Shown in pieces: positions 1 through 13,045 of a DNA stretch of 64,000 nucleotides. Made by a program: the position numbers and the translations under genes. The stretch is taken from NCBI GenBank assembly GCA_951406725.2, contig OX597840.1:16058001-16122000 (forward strand), given 5' to 3'. The stretch's first letter is position 1; every line of letters begins with the position of its first letter. The notes beneath the pieces are model-generated. The model ran no database searches, was not told where the DNA came from, and saw only the letters and a list, made by a program, of their open reading frames with translations. The DNA comes from Octopus vulgaris (taxonomy: Eukaryota).

Positions 1-670
1 GGTCTTTTTTGATCTCTTGGATATCACTTGGCAACTGTACAGATCCACCTGTAATCAGTGAACCATGTATTCGTATGTCCAGCCCAGTAGAACCTGTGCT
101 TTTGGTATCCTGCAGTCATCTTATTCACTCTGTTCTTTAATTCGTTTTGGATATGCAATCTGAAAACTTAACACAGAGCCAAAGGGAGGTGGGAAACAAT
201 GAAATCAAAAAGGTAAAGGAACAGGTCTAATTGAGGCACACAGTGAATATGCTCAGAGATGGGGACAGTGAAATCTTGAGGAGAACAAGGGCTGGATGGA
301 AACGCATTCATTTCAATAAAAAAAATGTGCTCAAAGCAAAGCTGGACTAGACTCCAATATATTTTGTCTCTTCAATAGTAACAGCCTACCTCTGCTCTTA
401 TATGCAGGTTAGTTGTGAGGTACTACATGGAGAAAAGAACATTGATTGGCTACAACGCAATGAGCCATGGAAAGATTCATGCTAACTACATTGTACCTGG
501 AAAAAAAAAGATGGTCATGGCTGGAATGTCTTTGATTCTTGGTCTACATGGTCAGGGTAACCATACACACATAGACAAACACATGCATGCACGCGTGCAC
601 ACACACGCACGCATGCACACACACACAGGTATGGAGGTGAGGGTATAAACTGAATCTAAAGAGTGCATAC

Positions 671-716
671 CTCTGGTAACCTAAGAACTTTTGAATATTT
701 CATACCATTCCTCAAC
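671..716 (-). CDS. USP20/USP33: USP20/33 coding exon 12 (last in window; gene continues past position 1)
   Basis: cag|G TTG AGG AAT...CCA GAG|gtatgc; translates (K)LRNGMKYSKVLRLPE, matching USP20/33 'LRNGVKYCKVLRLPE'; phase 2 to 0. Confidence 0.93.
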
Positions 717-1321
717 CTGAGATAAAAAATGGAAAGAAAAAAACTTTATTTAAACAGGCAAGAGAGAGAGAAAGAGATGAATGAAGTTCACATAAATGGT
801 GGCAAGAGAAAGTAGGGTCTCTGCTGAAAGTTCAAATACATGAACTATTTTGTATGATTGATGAGGTGAAGGGATCAAACCTACACAGAATACATTCAAT
901 ATCCGGACACCAGCAGATAACAGAACCCACCAAAGTTTTCAAATAGCAAAAATATATTAGAAATGTTCTTTAATCAACATTTCTGATTATCATGAAATAC
1001 AGAATCAGCTTCATTAGTTTCACATTTAACATGTTTGAAGAATGTATTTGACAGGTTGTTACCTGTTGCCTTTGGGTGAGTGGTTGTCTGTAAACTGATT
1101 TAACCAACCTTTCTAGAGGAGTATAAAGTTGGTCATCATCATCATTTTCCCCATGCTGGCATGGCTGTCTGTGTAGTCAAGAAGCTTGTTACCCAACCAC
1201 ATGGTTTCAGGTTCAGTCCCACTGCGTGGTACCTTGGGCAGGTGTCTTCTACTATAGCTTCGGGCCATCCAAAGCCTTGTGAGTGGATTTGATAGATGGA
1301 AACTATAAGAAGCCCATCAAG

Positions 1322-1940
1322 TGAGTGTGTGTGTGTGCAAGAGCAAGAGGGTGCATGTGTGTGAGAGTGCAAGTATGTGTGTGTGTGTGTGAGAGAGAGC
1401 GCAAGTGTGTGTGTGTGTGTATGAGAGAGAGCGCAAGTGTGTGTGTGTGAGAGAGAGCGCAAGTGTGTGTGTGTGTGTGAGAGAGAGCGCAAGTGTGTGT
1501 GTGTGAGAGAGAGCGCAAGTGTGTGTGTGTGTGTGTGAGAGAGAGCGCAAGTGTGTGTGTGTGTGTGAGAGAGCGCAAGTGTGTGTGTGTGAGAGAGAGC
1601 GCAAGTGTGTGTGTGTGAGAGAGAGCGCAAGTGTGTGTGTGTGTGTGAGAGAGCGCAAGTGTATGTGTGTGAGAGAGCGCAAGTGTGTGTGTGTGTGTGA
1701 GAGAGAGAGAGCAAGTGTGTGTGTGTGAGAGAGCGAAAGTGTGTGTGTGTGAGAGAGCGAAAGTGTGTGTGTGTGTGAGAGAGAGTGCAAGTGTGTGTGT
1801 GAGAGAGAGAGCAAGTGTGTGTGTGAGAGAGAGAGCAAGTGTGTGTGAGAGAGAGAGCAAGTGTGTGTGTGAGAGAGCACAAGTGTACGTGTGTGTGTGT
1901 GTGTGTATGTGTATGTGTGTGGTGTGTGTGAGAGTGCAAC
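1322..1940. repeat. compound satellite [GCAA(GT)n(GA)n] about 20 units
   Basis: read directly; 21-35-bp units with a constant GC(G)CAA spacer, inside a SINE. Confidence 0.9.
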
Positions 1941-3499
1941 TGACGGAGTGCCATGAATATATTGGTGAGGCTGTGCAGCAAGGAGTTTGCTTCACCACCA
2001 CATGGCTCTGAATTCAGTTCCAGTGTGTGGCACTTTAGGAAAGTGTGTATAACTGCCCCACCAACTAACAACACACACAGACACACACCTTGTGTATGTG
2101 TGCTCAATTTTCTTTGTGTGTGTGTGTGTGTGTGTCCTACCACCACTTGACAACTAGTAACTTAGCAGTTGGACAAAAGCGACTGGTGGAATGAGCTCCA
2201 GGCTTTACAGAAAAAATGAGTACTGGGGTTGAGTCTCTAAGATGGCGCTCCAGCATGGTTGCAGTCTAATGATTGAAACATGTCAAAAATAAAAGATAAG
2301 GCACTTTCAAAAAGTGCCATGCAGTAGGATGGAACCGAAAACACCATGGTTGCAGAGTGAATTCACTACACCACAACCATGCTTACAGCTAGGATGCACA
2401 CATGTTAACCTAGTGACAGCAACCGCTGGATAGAGGGCTGCTCTGGTTATTTTTCTCCTCTCACTCCAAAACCTACAATATCTTTTCAACTCTAAGCACA
2501 AAGCTTGAAATTTGGGGGGAGGGGAGGCAGTTGATTAAATTGACCCCAGTATGCAACTGGTACTTAATTTATCAACCGTGAAAGGATGTTTAACTCAGAA
2601 CATAAAGACGGACGAAATACCGTCAAAACCTAAACCATCTTCAAAGAAGCTTGACCTCAACTCTTTATTTCCACCAACAGACCAATTGTTAGATTCTAGC
2701 AAATGGTTAGCAAAAAGATGACTTGGGAAAAAGGAATATAGAAATATCATCATCATCATTTAACATCCACCTTCCATACTAGCACAAGTTGGATGGTTTA
2801 ACAGGAGCTAGCCAGGTAGAAGCCTGTACCAGACTCCTGTGTCTGTTTTTGCAGGGTTTTTAGATAAATGCCCTTCCTAACACCAACCACCCAATGGAGT
2901 GGACAGTGCTTTTTACATGGCACAAACACAGGCGTGGTCAGTTTTGGCATGGGTTTTACAGCGGGATGCCCTTCCAAATGCCAACCACTTCACAGTGTGG
3001 ACTGGATGCTTTTTACATGGCACCAGCACTGGCTGGGTCACTGAGTAACTTGCAAGGCAAAAATCCTTTGAGAGTTGGGGGAGGACATTGGAGGAGGTGA
3101 TCTTGTGTCAGATATGTTTACAAATAAGGTGAGATTTCTCTACAGTTGGACGAATGTTCATAGAAGACTGAACAAATGAAACCTGCCTGTATGATGGTGA
3201 TGCTCATAAGGGTTTGTGTGTGCATGTGTGTGATCCCCATCATTATTTAATGTCCGTTTTCCATGCTGGCATGGGTTGGACAGCTTGACAGGAACTGGCA
3301 AGACCAGGGGCTCCACACCAGGTTCCATAGTGTGATTTGGCATGGTTCCTATGGCTGGATGCCCTTCCTAATGCCAACCACTTTACTGAGTGTACTGAGT
3401 GCTTTTTACAGTGTGTGTGTGTACAATGAGCTTCTTTCAGCGAGTGATGACACTTTGGGTGAGAGAACATTTGTTTAAATTAATCCCCAGTATTTATAT

Positions 3500-4170
3500 T
3501 ATTTAGTATCAGGGCAGGGGAGAGGAGATACTTAATCGATTATATAAAACTCAGTACTCAGCTGGTACTTATTTTATCAACCAAGAAAGGATAAAAAGCA
3601 AAATCAACCTCAGACAAATTTGAACTCTGAATGTAGAGACCCAGAACTGCTGCTAAGCATTTTGTCCAGCATGCTAATGATTCTGCCAGCTCGCCGCCTT
3701 AATAATAATAGTAATCATAATCCTTTCTACTAAAGGCACAAAGCCTGTAATTTTGGGAGAGGGGACAAGTCAATTACATTGACCCCAGTGTTTCACTGGT
3801 ACTTAATTCATCGACCCAGAAAGGATGAAAGGCAAAGTCAACCTCGGTGGAATTTGAACTTACCATGTAGCAATAGGTGAAATACTGCTAAGCATTTCGC
3901 CCAGTGTGGTAACGATTCTGCTAGCTTGCCACCTTCAATAATGATAATCCATTCTACTATAGGCACAAAGCCTGAAATTTGGGGGGAGGGGACCAGCCAA
4001 TTTACATCAAATCCAGTGTTTCATTGATACTCGATTTATCGACCCCAAAAGAATGAAAAGCAAAGTCGACCCCAGCAGCATTTGAACTCAGAACGTAAAG
4101 ACAGGCGAAATACTGCTTAAGCATTTTGCCCGGCATGCTAACGATTCTGCCAGCTCACCATCTTCAATAA
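3500..4170 (-). repeat. tandem cluster of three SINEs of the same head/body family
   Basis: three successive copies of ...gaccccagt...ggtact...gaactcagaa...ctgccagctc separated by (AAT)n. Confidence 0.8.
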
Positions 4171-4212
4171 TAAATAGAAATTATTTGTAAAATGATAGAA
4201 AATTTTACATAC

Positions 4213-4317
4213 TTTTTACATTTGTCACAGCTGTACATGTTGTCACCTTTTAGTTCATCAGCAGAGAAGAACGCAGAAAGACAGTCTTGTAATGTTATAG
4301 TTGGACCCATAATCCAG
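4213..4317 (-). CDS. USP20/USP33: USP20/33 coding exon 11
   Basis: AG/GT bounded; (S)[34 protein letters not shown], the USP20/33 motif '[20 protein letters not shown]'; phases fit neighbours. Confidence 0.96.
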
Positions 4318-5003
4318 CTGGTAAATTAAGAATAAGATAAAATATAATAAATAGAAAAGCAAAAAAAATTTTTTAATTTAATAAACTGATAAATTTTAAT
4401 TAACAATGCACTCCTGTATGTGCTGGTTGGTTATTTGACTTCTTGCATGCATGCAAGACATGAACCTTCAACCCTCACTGCAGGGATGGATACAGAGAAA
4501 TATGCAGGCACTGGAGACAAGATGTTACCCCATCTCGGGCATCTTGGACTTGGACATCACAAACATGCAGGTCTGTGAAACCATGCAGTGTCACATTAAG
4601 GCCCACAATGGTAACAAAAAAGACAGTATGGCCATGTAATGAGATCCAGAGGCCTTGTAAAGATCATTGTTTAAGGAACTGTGGAGGACAGAGGAGAAGA
4701 TAGATGAGCAACACACAGGAATGAACAAAGAAATAAATCGGCACTCCATTGGTTATGATAAGGGATCCAGTTGATCTGATCAATGGAACAGTCTGCTTGT
4801 AAAATTAACATGTTAGCACTCCATGGGGAAAGTATGTCTGTGGAGTGCTAACATGTTAATTTTACAAGCAGTCTGTACACTATGCTGGAGTGTACAGAGC
4901 CAAAACATAGTGGAAAGCAATGACCAAGATGAGGACATCAGTCTGACAAATACATAATAAAAAATTCCTCATATGAGAAATCCTGAATTGCAATAAAACT
5001 TAC

Positions 5004-5164
5004 CTTTTGAGCCACATCAATATCGTAGTCACCCAACCCTGGTTTACTTCTCCACAAGCCCCACCTTTAGTGTTTGAACTTTGGTTGGCATGTAACATAA
5101 GTAAATGATCTTTACTGGGAATTGGCAGTGATAAGTCTTGAAATGTTTCTTTTGTGGTAGAAAT
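5004..5164 (-). CDS. USP20/USP33: USP20/33 coding exon 10
   Basis: poly-T tract then cag|ISTTKETFQDLSLPIPSKDHL...GACGEVNQGWVTTILMWLK|gtaagt; 161 nt, phase 0 to 2. Confidence 0.96.
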
Positions 5165-5209
5165 CTGAGGCAAAAAAAAAAAAAAAAAAAGAACAGTAAT
5201 AACGAAAAC

Positions 5210-6090
5210 AATAATAATAATAATAATCCTTTCTACTAAAGGCACAAGGACTGAAATTTGGGGGAGGGGGACAGTCAATCACATCGACCCCAGTACTCAG
5301 ATGGTACTTCATTTATCAACCTCGAAAGGATGAAAGGCAAAATCAATCTTGGTAGAATTTGAACTCAGAATGTAGTGGCAGACTAAATATAACTAAACAT
5401 TTTGCTCAGCGTGCTGATGATTCTTATTTCTTTACTGCCCACGAGGGGCTACACACAGAGGGGAAAAACAAGGACAGACAAACGGATTAAGTCGATTATA
5501 TCGATCCCAGTGCCTAACTGGTACTTATTAAATCGACCCCGAAAGGATGAAAGGCAAAGTTGACCTCGGCAGAATTTCAACTCAGAATGTAGTGACAGAT
5601 GAAATACCGCTAAGCATTTTGCCCAGCGTGCTAACGGTTCTGCCAGCTCACTGCCTTAATAATAATAATAATAATAATAATGGTTTCAAATTTGGCCACA
5701 AGGGCAGCAATTTTGGGGGCGGGGATGAGTCAATTACAACTGATAATTTACTGACCCTGAAAGGACGAAAGGCAAAGTAGATATCAGCAGAATTTGAGCT
5801 CAGAAGATAGCGACAGGCAAAATACTGCTGACAACTCTGACAGGTCGCTGCCTTCAATAATAATAATAATAACAATAATAAGCCTTTCTACTGGAAGCAC
5901 AAGGCCTCAAGTCGATTACATCTACCCCAGTGTGTAACTGGTACTTATTTAATTGACCCCCAAAAGCATGAAAGGTGAAGTGGACCTCAGCGGAATTTGA
6001 ATTCAGAATGTAGCGTCAGGCAAAATACTGCTAAGCATTTCATCCAGCATGCTAATGATTCTGCCAGCTCACTACCTTTAATAATAATAA
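5210..6090 (-). repeat. tandem cluster of four SINEs with mixed tails A, B and C
   Basis: shared head/body, different tails, (AAT)n linkers. Confidence 0.8.
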
Positions 6091-6828
6091 TTTCCTTTCA
6101 ATAACATAAAAACATTCGTGCACCTCTCCCACCAAAAATAGAAAAGGGTAAGCCAAACTGGGCAGGTATCTTCTTAAACTGCCTCAGGTCAACTCAAGCT
6201 CTGAGTGAAATTAAACAGAAACTTTGTGGAAGGTGGTCAGATCAACTGCTTCTGTTCTTGCATGGCCAGCTTAATTCCTTGCCCACTTCAACATCATCAC
6301 TACCACCAGCTGGCCCTTGGGTGCTTTTAATAGATGCAACACTGTTCATAATCGTTCAGACTAAATCTCCAGTTTCTTTGTCCCTTTTACCATCCAGTTG
6401 TGGCTAGCTTCATCAAAAACAAAGGTCATCACTGTCAACCTTCCCACCAACCCTAACAAAGCCATCTTTTATTTTTTTCTTGTTGCAGTCATTAGACTAT
6501 GGCCATGCTGGAGCACTGCCTTGAATTTTTTTTTAAGCCAAATGTATTGATCCCAGGACTTTCTTTTTAAACTTGGTAGTTATTTTATTGGTCAACACAG
6601 ACACAAAGACACACACATACACGTGTGTGTGTATGTGTGTGTACGATGGGCTTCTTTAGTCACAAGGCCTGAGACTGTAGAAGAAAACACTTGCCCAAAG
6701 TACCATGCAGTGGGCCTGAACACGGAACCATGTGGTTGGGGAGCAAGCTTCTTACCACACAGCCACACTTGCACCAATATAAAAGAAAAATAACGAATGT
6801 TTCCATTTTTTTTAAATTATCAACTTAC

Positions 6829-6917
6829 TCGTTCACATGTCAAACACTGTACAGAACTCAGTAAACGTCCATCAAATATATCTGATATGACACTTTGATG
6901 TATTAGAGGTCGTTTGG
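6829..6917 (-). CDS. USP20/USP33: USP20/33 coding exon 9
   Basis: cag|..[29 protein letters not shown]|gtaagt; USP core motif '[17 protein letters not shown]'. Confidence 0.96.
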
Positions 6918-7765
6918 CTGGAAAGAGAACAAAATAGAGAAAAAAAGGTAAACAGCATGTTTTAATAAGAAGTTGAGGAGGGTAACGTTAGGAAGACAGA
7001 AGATTTGGTGGTAGTGGAATTAGAAAATGGTAATTAAAACACTGGATTCTTGGTAGTAGCAAGTCACTTAATTCTACATTAGTTTTGGGCTTTAGTGATG
7101 AATACATTATTATTATTATCATAATAATAAAGGCGGCAAGCTGGACAAAATGCTTAGCGGGATTTCGCATGTCACTACATTCTGAGTTAAAATTACATCA
7201 AGGTCGACTTTGTACTACATGTTATTTCCATGGCACCAACACTAATAATGTTGCCCTGTAATACACAAAATTAAAGGACCCCCTTGATGGAGAGAGAATA
7301 CGAGAGAGAGCGAGGTAGCTTTATGTTGAGAAGCTAAAGCAGTTAGAAGGGACAGGTGTAAGTTTGTTACTGTAGCCAGGATACATAGCTAGAGAGACTA
7401 ATTGGAACAGAATCCAATTATTAGTTACCATATCTTCCAGCATACAAGTCAGTGTAGTATATAGTATCAACATGTAACATTTTGAATATTGTCATTATCG
7501 TTCCAAATCCTACTGCATTTCACATAGAATTTTTTGTCGTCCAAAGTTGCCTTGGTGTGTAAGTAGACTTATCTTTCTTGGCAGTAAATTTTGGTCTTAT
7601 GCTGGAAAATGCAGTATTAAGCTTCTAGTATGGCCAGGAATAACACATCTGATAATGATCAAACTAACTGAAAAGTAGTCTGTTATTCTGTTACTTGTTA
7701 CAGGGGATGTAAACACACCAACATCAGTTGTCAAGAGATGGTTGGAGGACAAACACACACACATA

Positions 7766-7815
<50 letters not shown>

Positions 7816-8109
7816 ATATATGTGTGTGTTTATGACAAGCTTTTTTCAGTTCCCATCTACCAAATTCACAAGGCCATAGTAGAAGACATTTGCCCAAAGT
7901 GCTATACAGTGGGACTGAACCCGGTACTGTGTGGTCAGGAAGCAAGCTTCTTACCACACAGTCACACCTGCACCTGTCCACACAGCCACGCCTCTATTTG
8001 TAACTATTAAACATTTGCCGTTGTAAAAAGTGGGGCTAATGGTCAGAAAACTTTCCATCTTAATTCTTATTAAGAATTACAACAACTTAAAAACATGAAT
8101 TTAACTTAC

Positions 8110-8866
8110 ATCTGTTATTTGTTGGTATTTTTGAGGTTTTGGGATTATTTTCAGTGTGGGATTGTTCTGATTTCACCTTCGCTGTCGACGCCGTTTTCGT
8201 TTTGGTCTCGCCATCACTGGGAATATCATGTAATTCAGAATTGGTGAATGCTTTGTTAGTGGTAGCCGCTGTGGTTTGTGCTGCTGCAGGGTCATCAGAA
8301 GGTTCAGATACTGTTCCGATTCCAGCTTCATTCTGTGATGATGTCTGTTTGTAGAGTAAATTCACTGTGTCTTTCATCTCCTTTGAGACCGTCACAAATT
8401 CCTTGTTGTCCGTCATTGATTCTATTTGGACGTTAAAGTCAGCGCCATCTTTACAGTTGGTTGAATGGTTCAAGACATTCTCATTACTGTCCATGTCATT
8501 ATAACTACCTCCACCACCGCCAGTCACAACCTTGAAATTGGATTTTTTGCCACTCAACTGTGTCATTTCGCTGGTGTCACTGCTCTCGTCCCCCGACAAG
8601 TTGACCTCTGGTGTTCCCCCGCGTTCGCTGCAAGGCGCCGAATCACAAGTTTCATAGTCCGAGTGGCTACTTGACGAGTCAATCGATGACTGGCGTTCAT
8701 GGCCATTGATGTAAGATTTCCCTGTCGCTTCATGGAGCAAAGGGTTTGAAGTCGAGGAGCAGATGGCAACCGAGTTCACCGAATTAGTGACTTCCATGTC
8801 AAACATTGGCTGTTTCAGTTCCTCGTGCAATTGATCCATGAAACATCGCAGGAATTCCTGAGTATC
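8110..8866 (-). CDS. USP20/USP33: USP20/33 coding exon 8 (QQD-box continuation plus long S/T/D/E-rich insertion)
   Basis: aag|DTQEFLRCFMDQLHEELKQP...NNR|gtaagt; 757 nt open frame overlapping ORF 8087..8839; phase 0 to 1. Confidence 0.95.
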
Positions 8867-9782
8867 CTTTCAAACAGAAGTGAAAAACAATTAATTAATA
8901 AATAGCATGGACATTTTCCAATGCAGGTATATGAGTGAAAAGAGCGACATATGAGGTGGTGTGGGTATATAATGTGTACGGAAAGGAGGGTAGCTATGAG
9001 GAGGTACCAAGCAATCTGTGTGGAAGGGATTGATGGAAGAGGAAAACACGGGGAAATGATCTGAAGAGGCTGAGCTTCATAAAAGAGATGACAAAGGATT
9101 ACAAGTGGTGTGATGCTATCTAACCTATGCAAGTAAGAAAAAATGGGTTGAAAATGGTGATGTAACAGTAACAACATCTCTTTTAGTGTGCTCACCATGT
9201 GTACACATATTTATAGTTTAGCCCAGTTGTACTTAACTGGAGTTCACATGACCCTTGCATTACCATATAAGATTTTGGTGTTAAAATTTATGTGCAATAA
9301 ATGGGCTCTATTTCTACAATACATGAAATATATTAACAATTTTGTATAAAATTCTTAATATCTAATTATAAAAATACAATAGGATTTTTTAAAACATTGG
9401 ATATGAGAGTCCAGTGGAGTAAAAAGGAATTGAAGGGGTTCATAGATGGTTGAGAACAACTGGTCTGGTCAATGAGCAAATTTCTATTGTGGTCATACAT
9501 CTTGCTAGATATACAAGTCAAATCTTGCTCAAACCACACCTTACTATCATCATCGTTGTCACTTAACATCCCTTTTTCCATGCTAGCATGGGTTGCATTG
9601 TTCAACAGGAATTGATGAGCCTGAAGACTGCACCATGCACCAATGTCTGCTTTAGCATCATTTCTACAGCTAGATGCCCTTCCAAACATTTTAAAAATAC
9701 ACAATGGTCAGCATTGGATTGCCTGTGGCCATAAGCTAGCATCTGGATGAGATAATAATACAAAATCTAGAAAACAACTAAC

Positions 9783-9861
9783 CTGTTGGGTGTATCCTTT
9801 GAACATGGGGTGAACAGATTTGATTCCATTTGCGATACCATTCGGAACGACATAGCTGGGC
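9783..9861 (-). CDS. USP20/USP33: USP20/33 coding exon 7
   Basis: cag|(R)PSYVVPNGIANGIKSVHPMFKGYTQQ|gttagt; matches 'RPSYVVP....GIK.V.PMFRGY.QQD'. Confidence 0.96.
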
Positions 9862-11789
9862 CTGCAACAGACAAGGTGAAGTGTTGGAATAATAATGGTT
9901 TCAAATTCCAGCACAAGGCCAGAAAAGGGGGCAAGTCAATTATATCAACCCTAGTGCTCCACTGGTACTTATTTTATTGACCCTGAAAGAATGAAAGGCA
10001 TAGTAAGTCTTAGTGGGATTTGAACTCAGAACAAAGCTGGAAGAAATACCATTCAGCATTCCGCCTGGCATGCCAACAATTCTGCCAGTTCATAGTCTTA
10101 AGTATTGTAATAATCCTTTTTATTATAGGCACAAAGCCTGAAATTTTGGTGAAAGGGAGACAGTCAATTACATCGACCCCAGCACTTGACTAGTACTTAA
10201 TTTGAACTCAGGATGTGAAGACAGACAAAATGCCACTAAGTATTTTGCCCAGTGTGCTAACTATTCTACCAACTCACCACCTTGATAATGGTAATAACAA
10301 CAGTTAACAGTAGTGTTGGTGATGGTTGTCTGAACAGCAGCAGCTGTTGTGGTAGTAGCAATGATGGTAGTAGGCAGTGAGCTGGCAGAATCGTTAGCGC
10401 GCCAGGTAAAATGCTTAGCAGTATTTCATCTGCCGTTACATTCCGAGTCCAAATTCTGCGGAAGTCAACTTTACCTTCATCCTTTCGGGGTCAATTGAAT
10501 AAGTACTAGTTATGCACTAGAGTTGATGTAATCGATTTAATCCCCATGTCTGTCCTTGTTTGTCCCCTCTATGTTTAGCCCCCACCCCCACCCTGAGGGC
10601 AATAAAGATATAAACAATGATGGTGGTGGTAGTAGTAGTAGAAGAAGACCTGATGCTGGCCTCAATAACGTGAACTTTCTTACTGTTTAGTGGGGCTAAG
10701 AAAAGGCAACATTCATCATTTCTTCCAGGGCCACAGAGACAGTAAACAAAGAGAAAGAGAGAGATAGGAGGGGAGAAGACCTTACAAACTTAATGAGTCA
10801 CTGCAGTAGAAAGCAGCAAATGATGCAGGTGTTCTTTACTCACAAGACCTATCACTCACTCACTTGCACATAAGTGTTCTTATCTATCAGTCCACCGACA
10901 GACAAATATACGCATTTATTCTCAGCCACCATACCACTCACAGACATAAGCATCCTGTCCACACTGTAAAGTGGTGGCCATTTGGAAGGGCATCCAGCTG
11001 TAAAAATTGTGCCAAAACTAACCTTGCCTGTGCTAGTGCCACGTAAAAAGCACTGAGTCCACTCTACAGAGTGGTAGGTGTTAGGAAGGGCATCCAGCCA
11101 TAAAATCCTTGCCAAAACAGACACAGTAACCCAGGGTAGTTTTTCTACTTGGCCGGCTCCTGTCAACTGTCCTACCCATACATGAATGGAAGATGATGTT
11201 AACCGATGATGATGATGATATATCATGGTATCAACCAGACTATTGGGTGTTATATATCACTGGTCACAGTGTACTTTGCATTGTTTTAGCTTTCAAATGA
11301 TGCCACCCTGTTGGCTTGGCAAGCAAGGCAACACAGCTCTTGACCGGAAGGCTATCTTGTTGCATGGTTACCCATTAACAGCTGAGTGGACTGGGGCAAC
11401 GTGAAATGAAGTGTTTTGCTCAAGAACATGACACACTACCCAGACTGGGAATTGAATGCACGATCTAGTACGCACACACATATACACATGCATACTCATC
11501 CACTTTTGGCATATATAATCATCCTCGGCATTTAGTCCATGTTCCATACTTGCAATGGGTTGGATAGTTTGACAAAATCTGAAGGGTCCAAGAACTGCAT
11601 TGTAGTCCAGTGTCTGCTTTGGAATGGTTTCCATGGTTGGATGCCCTTTCAAACACCAACCACTTTACAGAGAGTATTGGGTGCTTTTGTTGTGTCCCCA
11701 ACACTAGTGAGGTTACCATGTAGCTCACATGTATACATGCATGTTCTCATACAACATGTAGCCTTGTCTAATTCTACTATAGATTCAGA

Positions 11790-11990
11790 TACAAGGTAAT
11801 CAGCATAGAGAAGCTCCCGTGTGCAACTAATTTTAAATTCCTCTCATAGGGCCAGGTGGACTGTGATAGACAAGTGTGGGAGATGAGAACTGAGCCTTGG
11901 TGAACTCCTACCTGCACACCAAATTTGTTGTTACACTTATTGATGACTTTCACCTTACTAACAGCATCCCTGTACATGACTTGTCCATTA
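11790..11990 (-). mobile_element. RTE-like LINE reverse transcriptase fragment
   Basis: MYRDAVSKVKV...FGVQVGVHQGSVL...ELLYAD-like remnants. Confidence 0.65.
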
Positions 11991-12430
11991 ACACCCCCCA
12001 CACACACATACACACACATTTATTCTCAACCACTAAACTACTGGCATGTATAACTGCAGTATGTTGGAGCACCACCTTTAGTCAAACAAACTGATCCCAG
12101 GACTTATTTCTTGTAAGCCTAGTACTTATTCTATTAGTCTCTTTGGCTGAACTGCTAAGTTACAGGGACATAAACACACCAACATCAGTTGCCAAGCAAT
12201 GGTGGTGGTGGACAAACACAGAAGGCACAAACATATATATATATATATACATATCTATAACAGTCTTCTTTCGGTCTCCATCAAACAAATCCACTCAAAA
12301 TGCTTTGGTGCCATGCAGTAGAATTGAACCCAGAACCATGTAATTGGGGAAGCAAGCTCCTTACCACACAGCCACACCTGCACCTACAAGAGAAGCAACA
12401 TGAAAGCAAAAAGGAAAATAGAAAACCTAC

Positions 12431-12544
12431 CTTTTCTTGTGCCAAATTTCAGAGATAAGCCGCAGATAATGGCGTGATAGCATTGGATTTCTGTCAGGTC
12501 GTACAAAGCCATAACAGTCGAGGAAAAACCGGGTTAGAGGAGGA
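12431..12544 (-). CDS. USP20/USP33: USP20/33 coding exon 6
   Basis: cag|(C)[37 protein letters not shown]|gtaggt. Confidence 0.95.
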
Positions 12545-12689
12545 CTGCAGAATGAAGACAATTTTAGGAGAATCATTCAACAGAAACTAAAGAATTAAAA
12601 CAATATGAACAATTAAATATTTGGGGGAAGCTAGGTACCAAGAGTAGGTAGTTTATTGCAATAGGGGTATTATAAATAAGACTGGGCTT

Positions 12690-13045
12690 TACGGAAACAA
12701 AGTAGCTGAGTTCCTTTTGAGTATTGGGCCTCACGAAGGCAATGACCAAGATCTTTGGCGTTATGTCCTGCTTGAGAAGAAGACCCATCAAGCCGAGCAA
12801 AATCGCAGTCATGGCAGATACTGGTTTTACGCAAATTGGCACGTAAAAGCACCCAAGTGTCACACAAATGGCACACAAACGTACCCATTACACTCATGGA
12901 GTGGTTGGCATTAGGAAGTGCATCCAGCCATAGAAAACCATACCAAATCAGACTGGAGTCTGGTGCAGCCTTCCAGCGTGCCAACCCAGTCAAACTGTCC
13001 AACTCATGCCACATAGACAATGGACGTTAAATGATGATGATGACA
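12690..13045 (+). mobile_element. third SINE-like family ending gtccaacccatgccagcatgga...ttaaa(TGA)n (RTE-type tail)
   Basis: recurrent module ttaggaagggcatccagc...aacccatgc...ttaaatgatgatg; copies at ~2750, 3240, 10930, 11520, 28850, 32290, 37080, 38770, 41430, 44575, 54470. Confidence 0.7.

Noticed and set aside
1380-1880. Regularly spaced constant motif resembling a CRISPR array
   Set aside because: The 'spacers' are dinucleotide runs, the context is a eukaryotic intron, and there are no cas genes.
1142-2146. Long H/T/L/S-rich ORFs (334, 232 and 187 aa) and their C/V-rich antisense ORFs
   Set aside because: Translations of the (GT)n(GA)n satellite, which lacks stop codons; no domain content.
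8087-8839. Stand-alone 250-aa gene
   Set aside because: It is internal exon 8 of the USP gene; the true limits are 8110-8866, set by splice sites.
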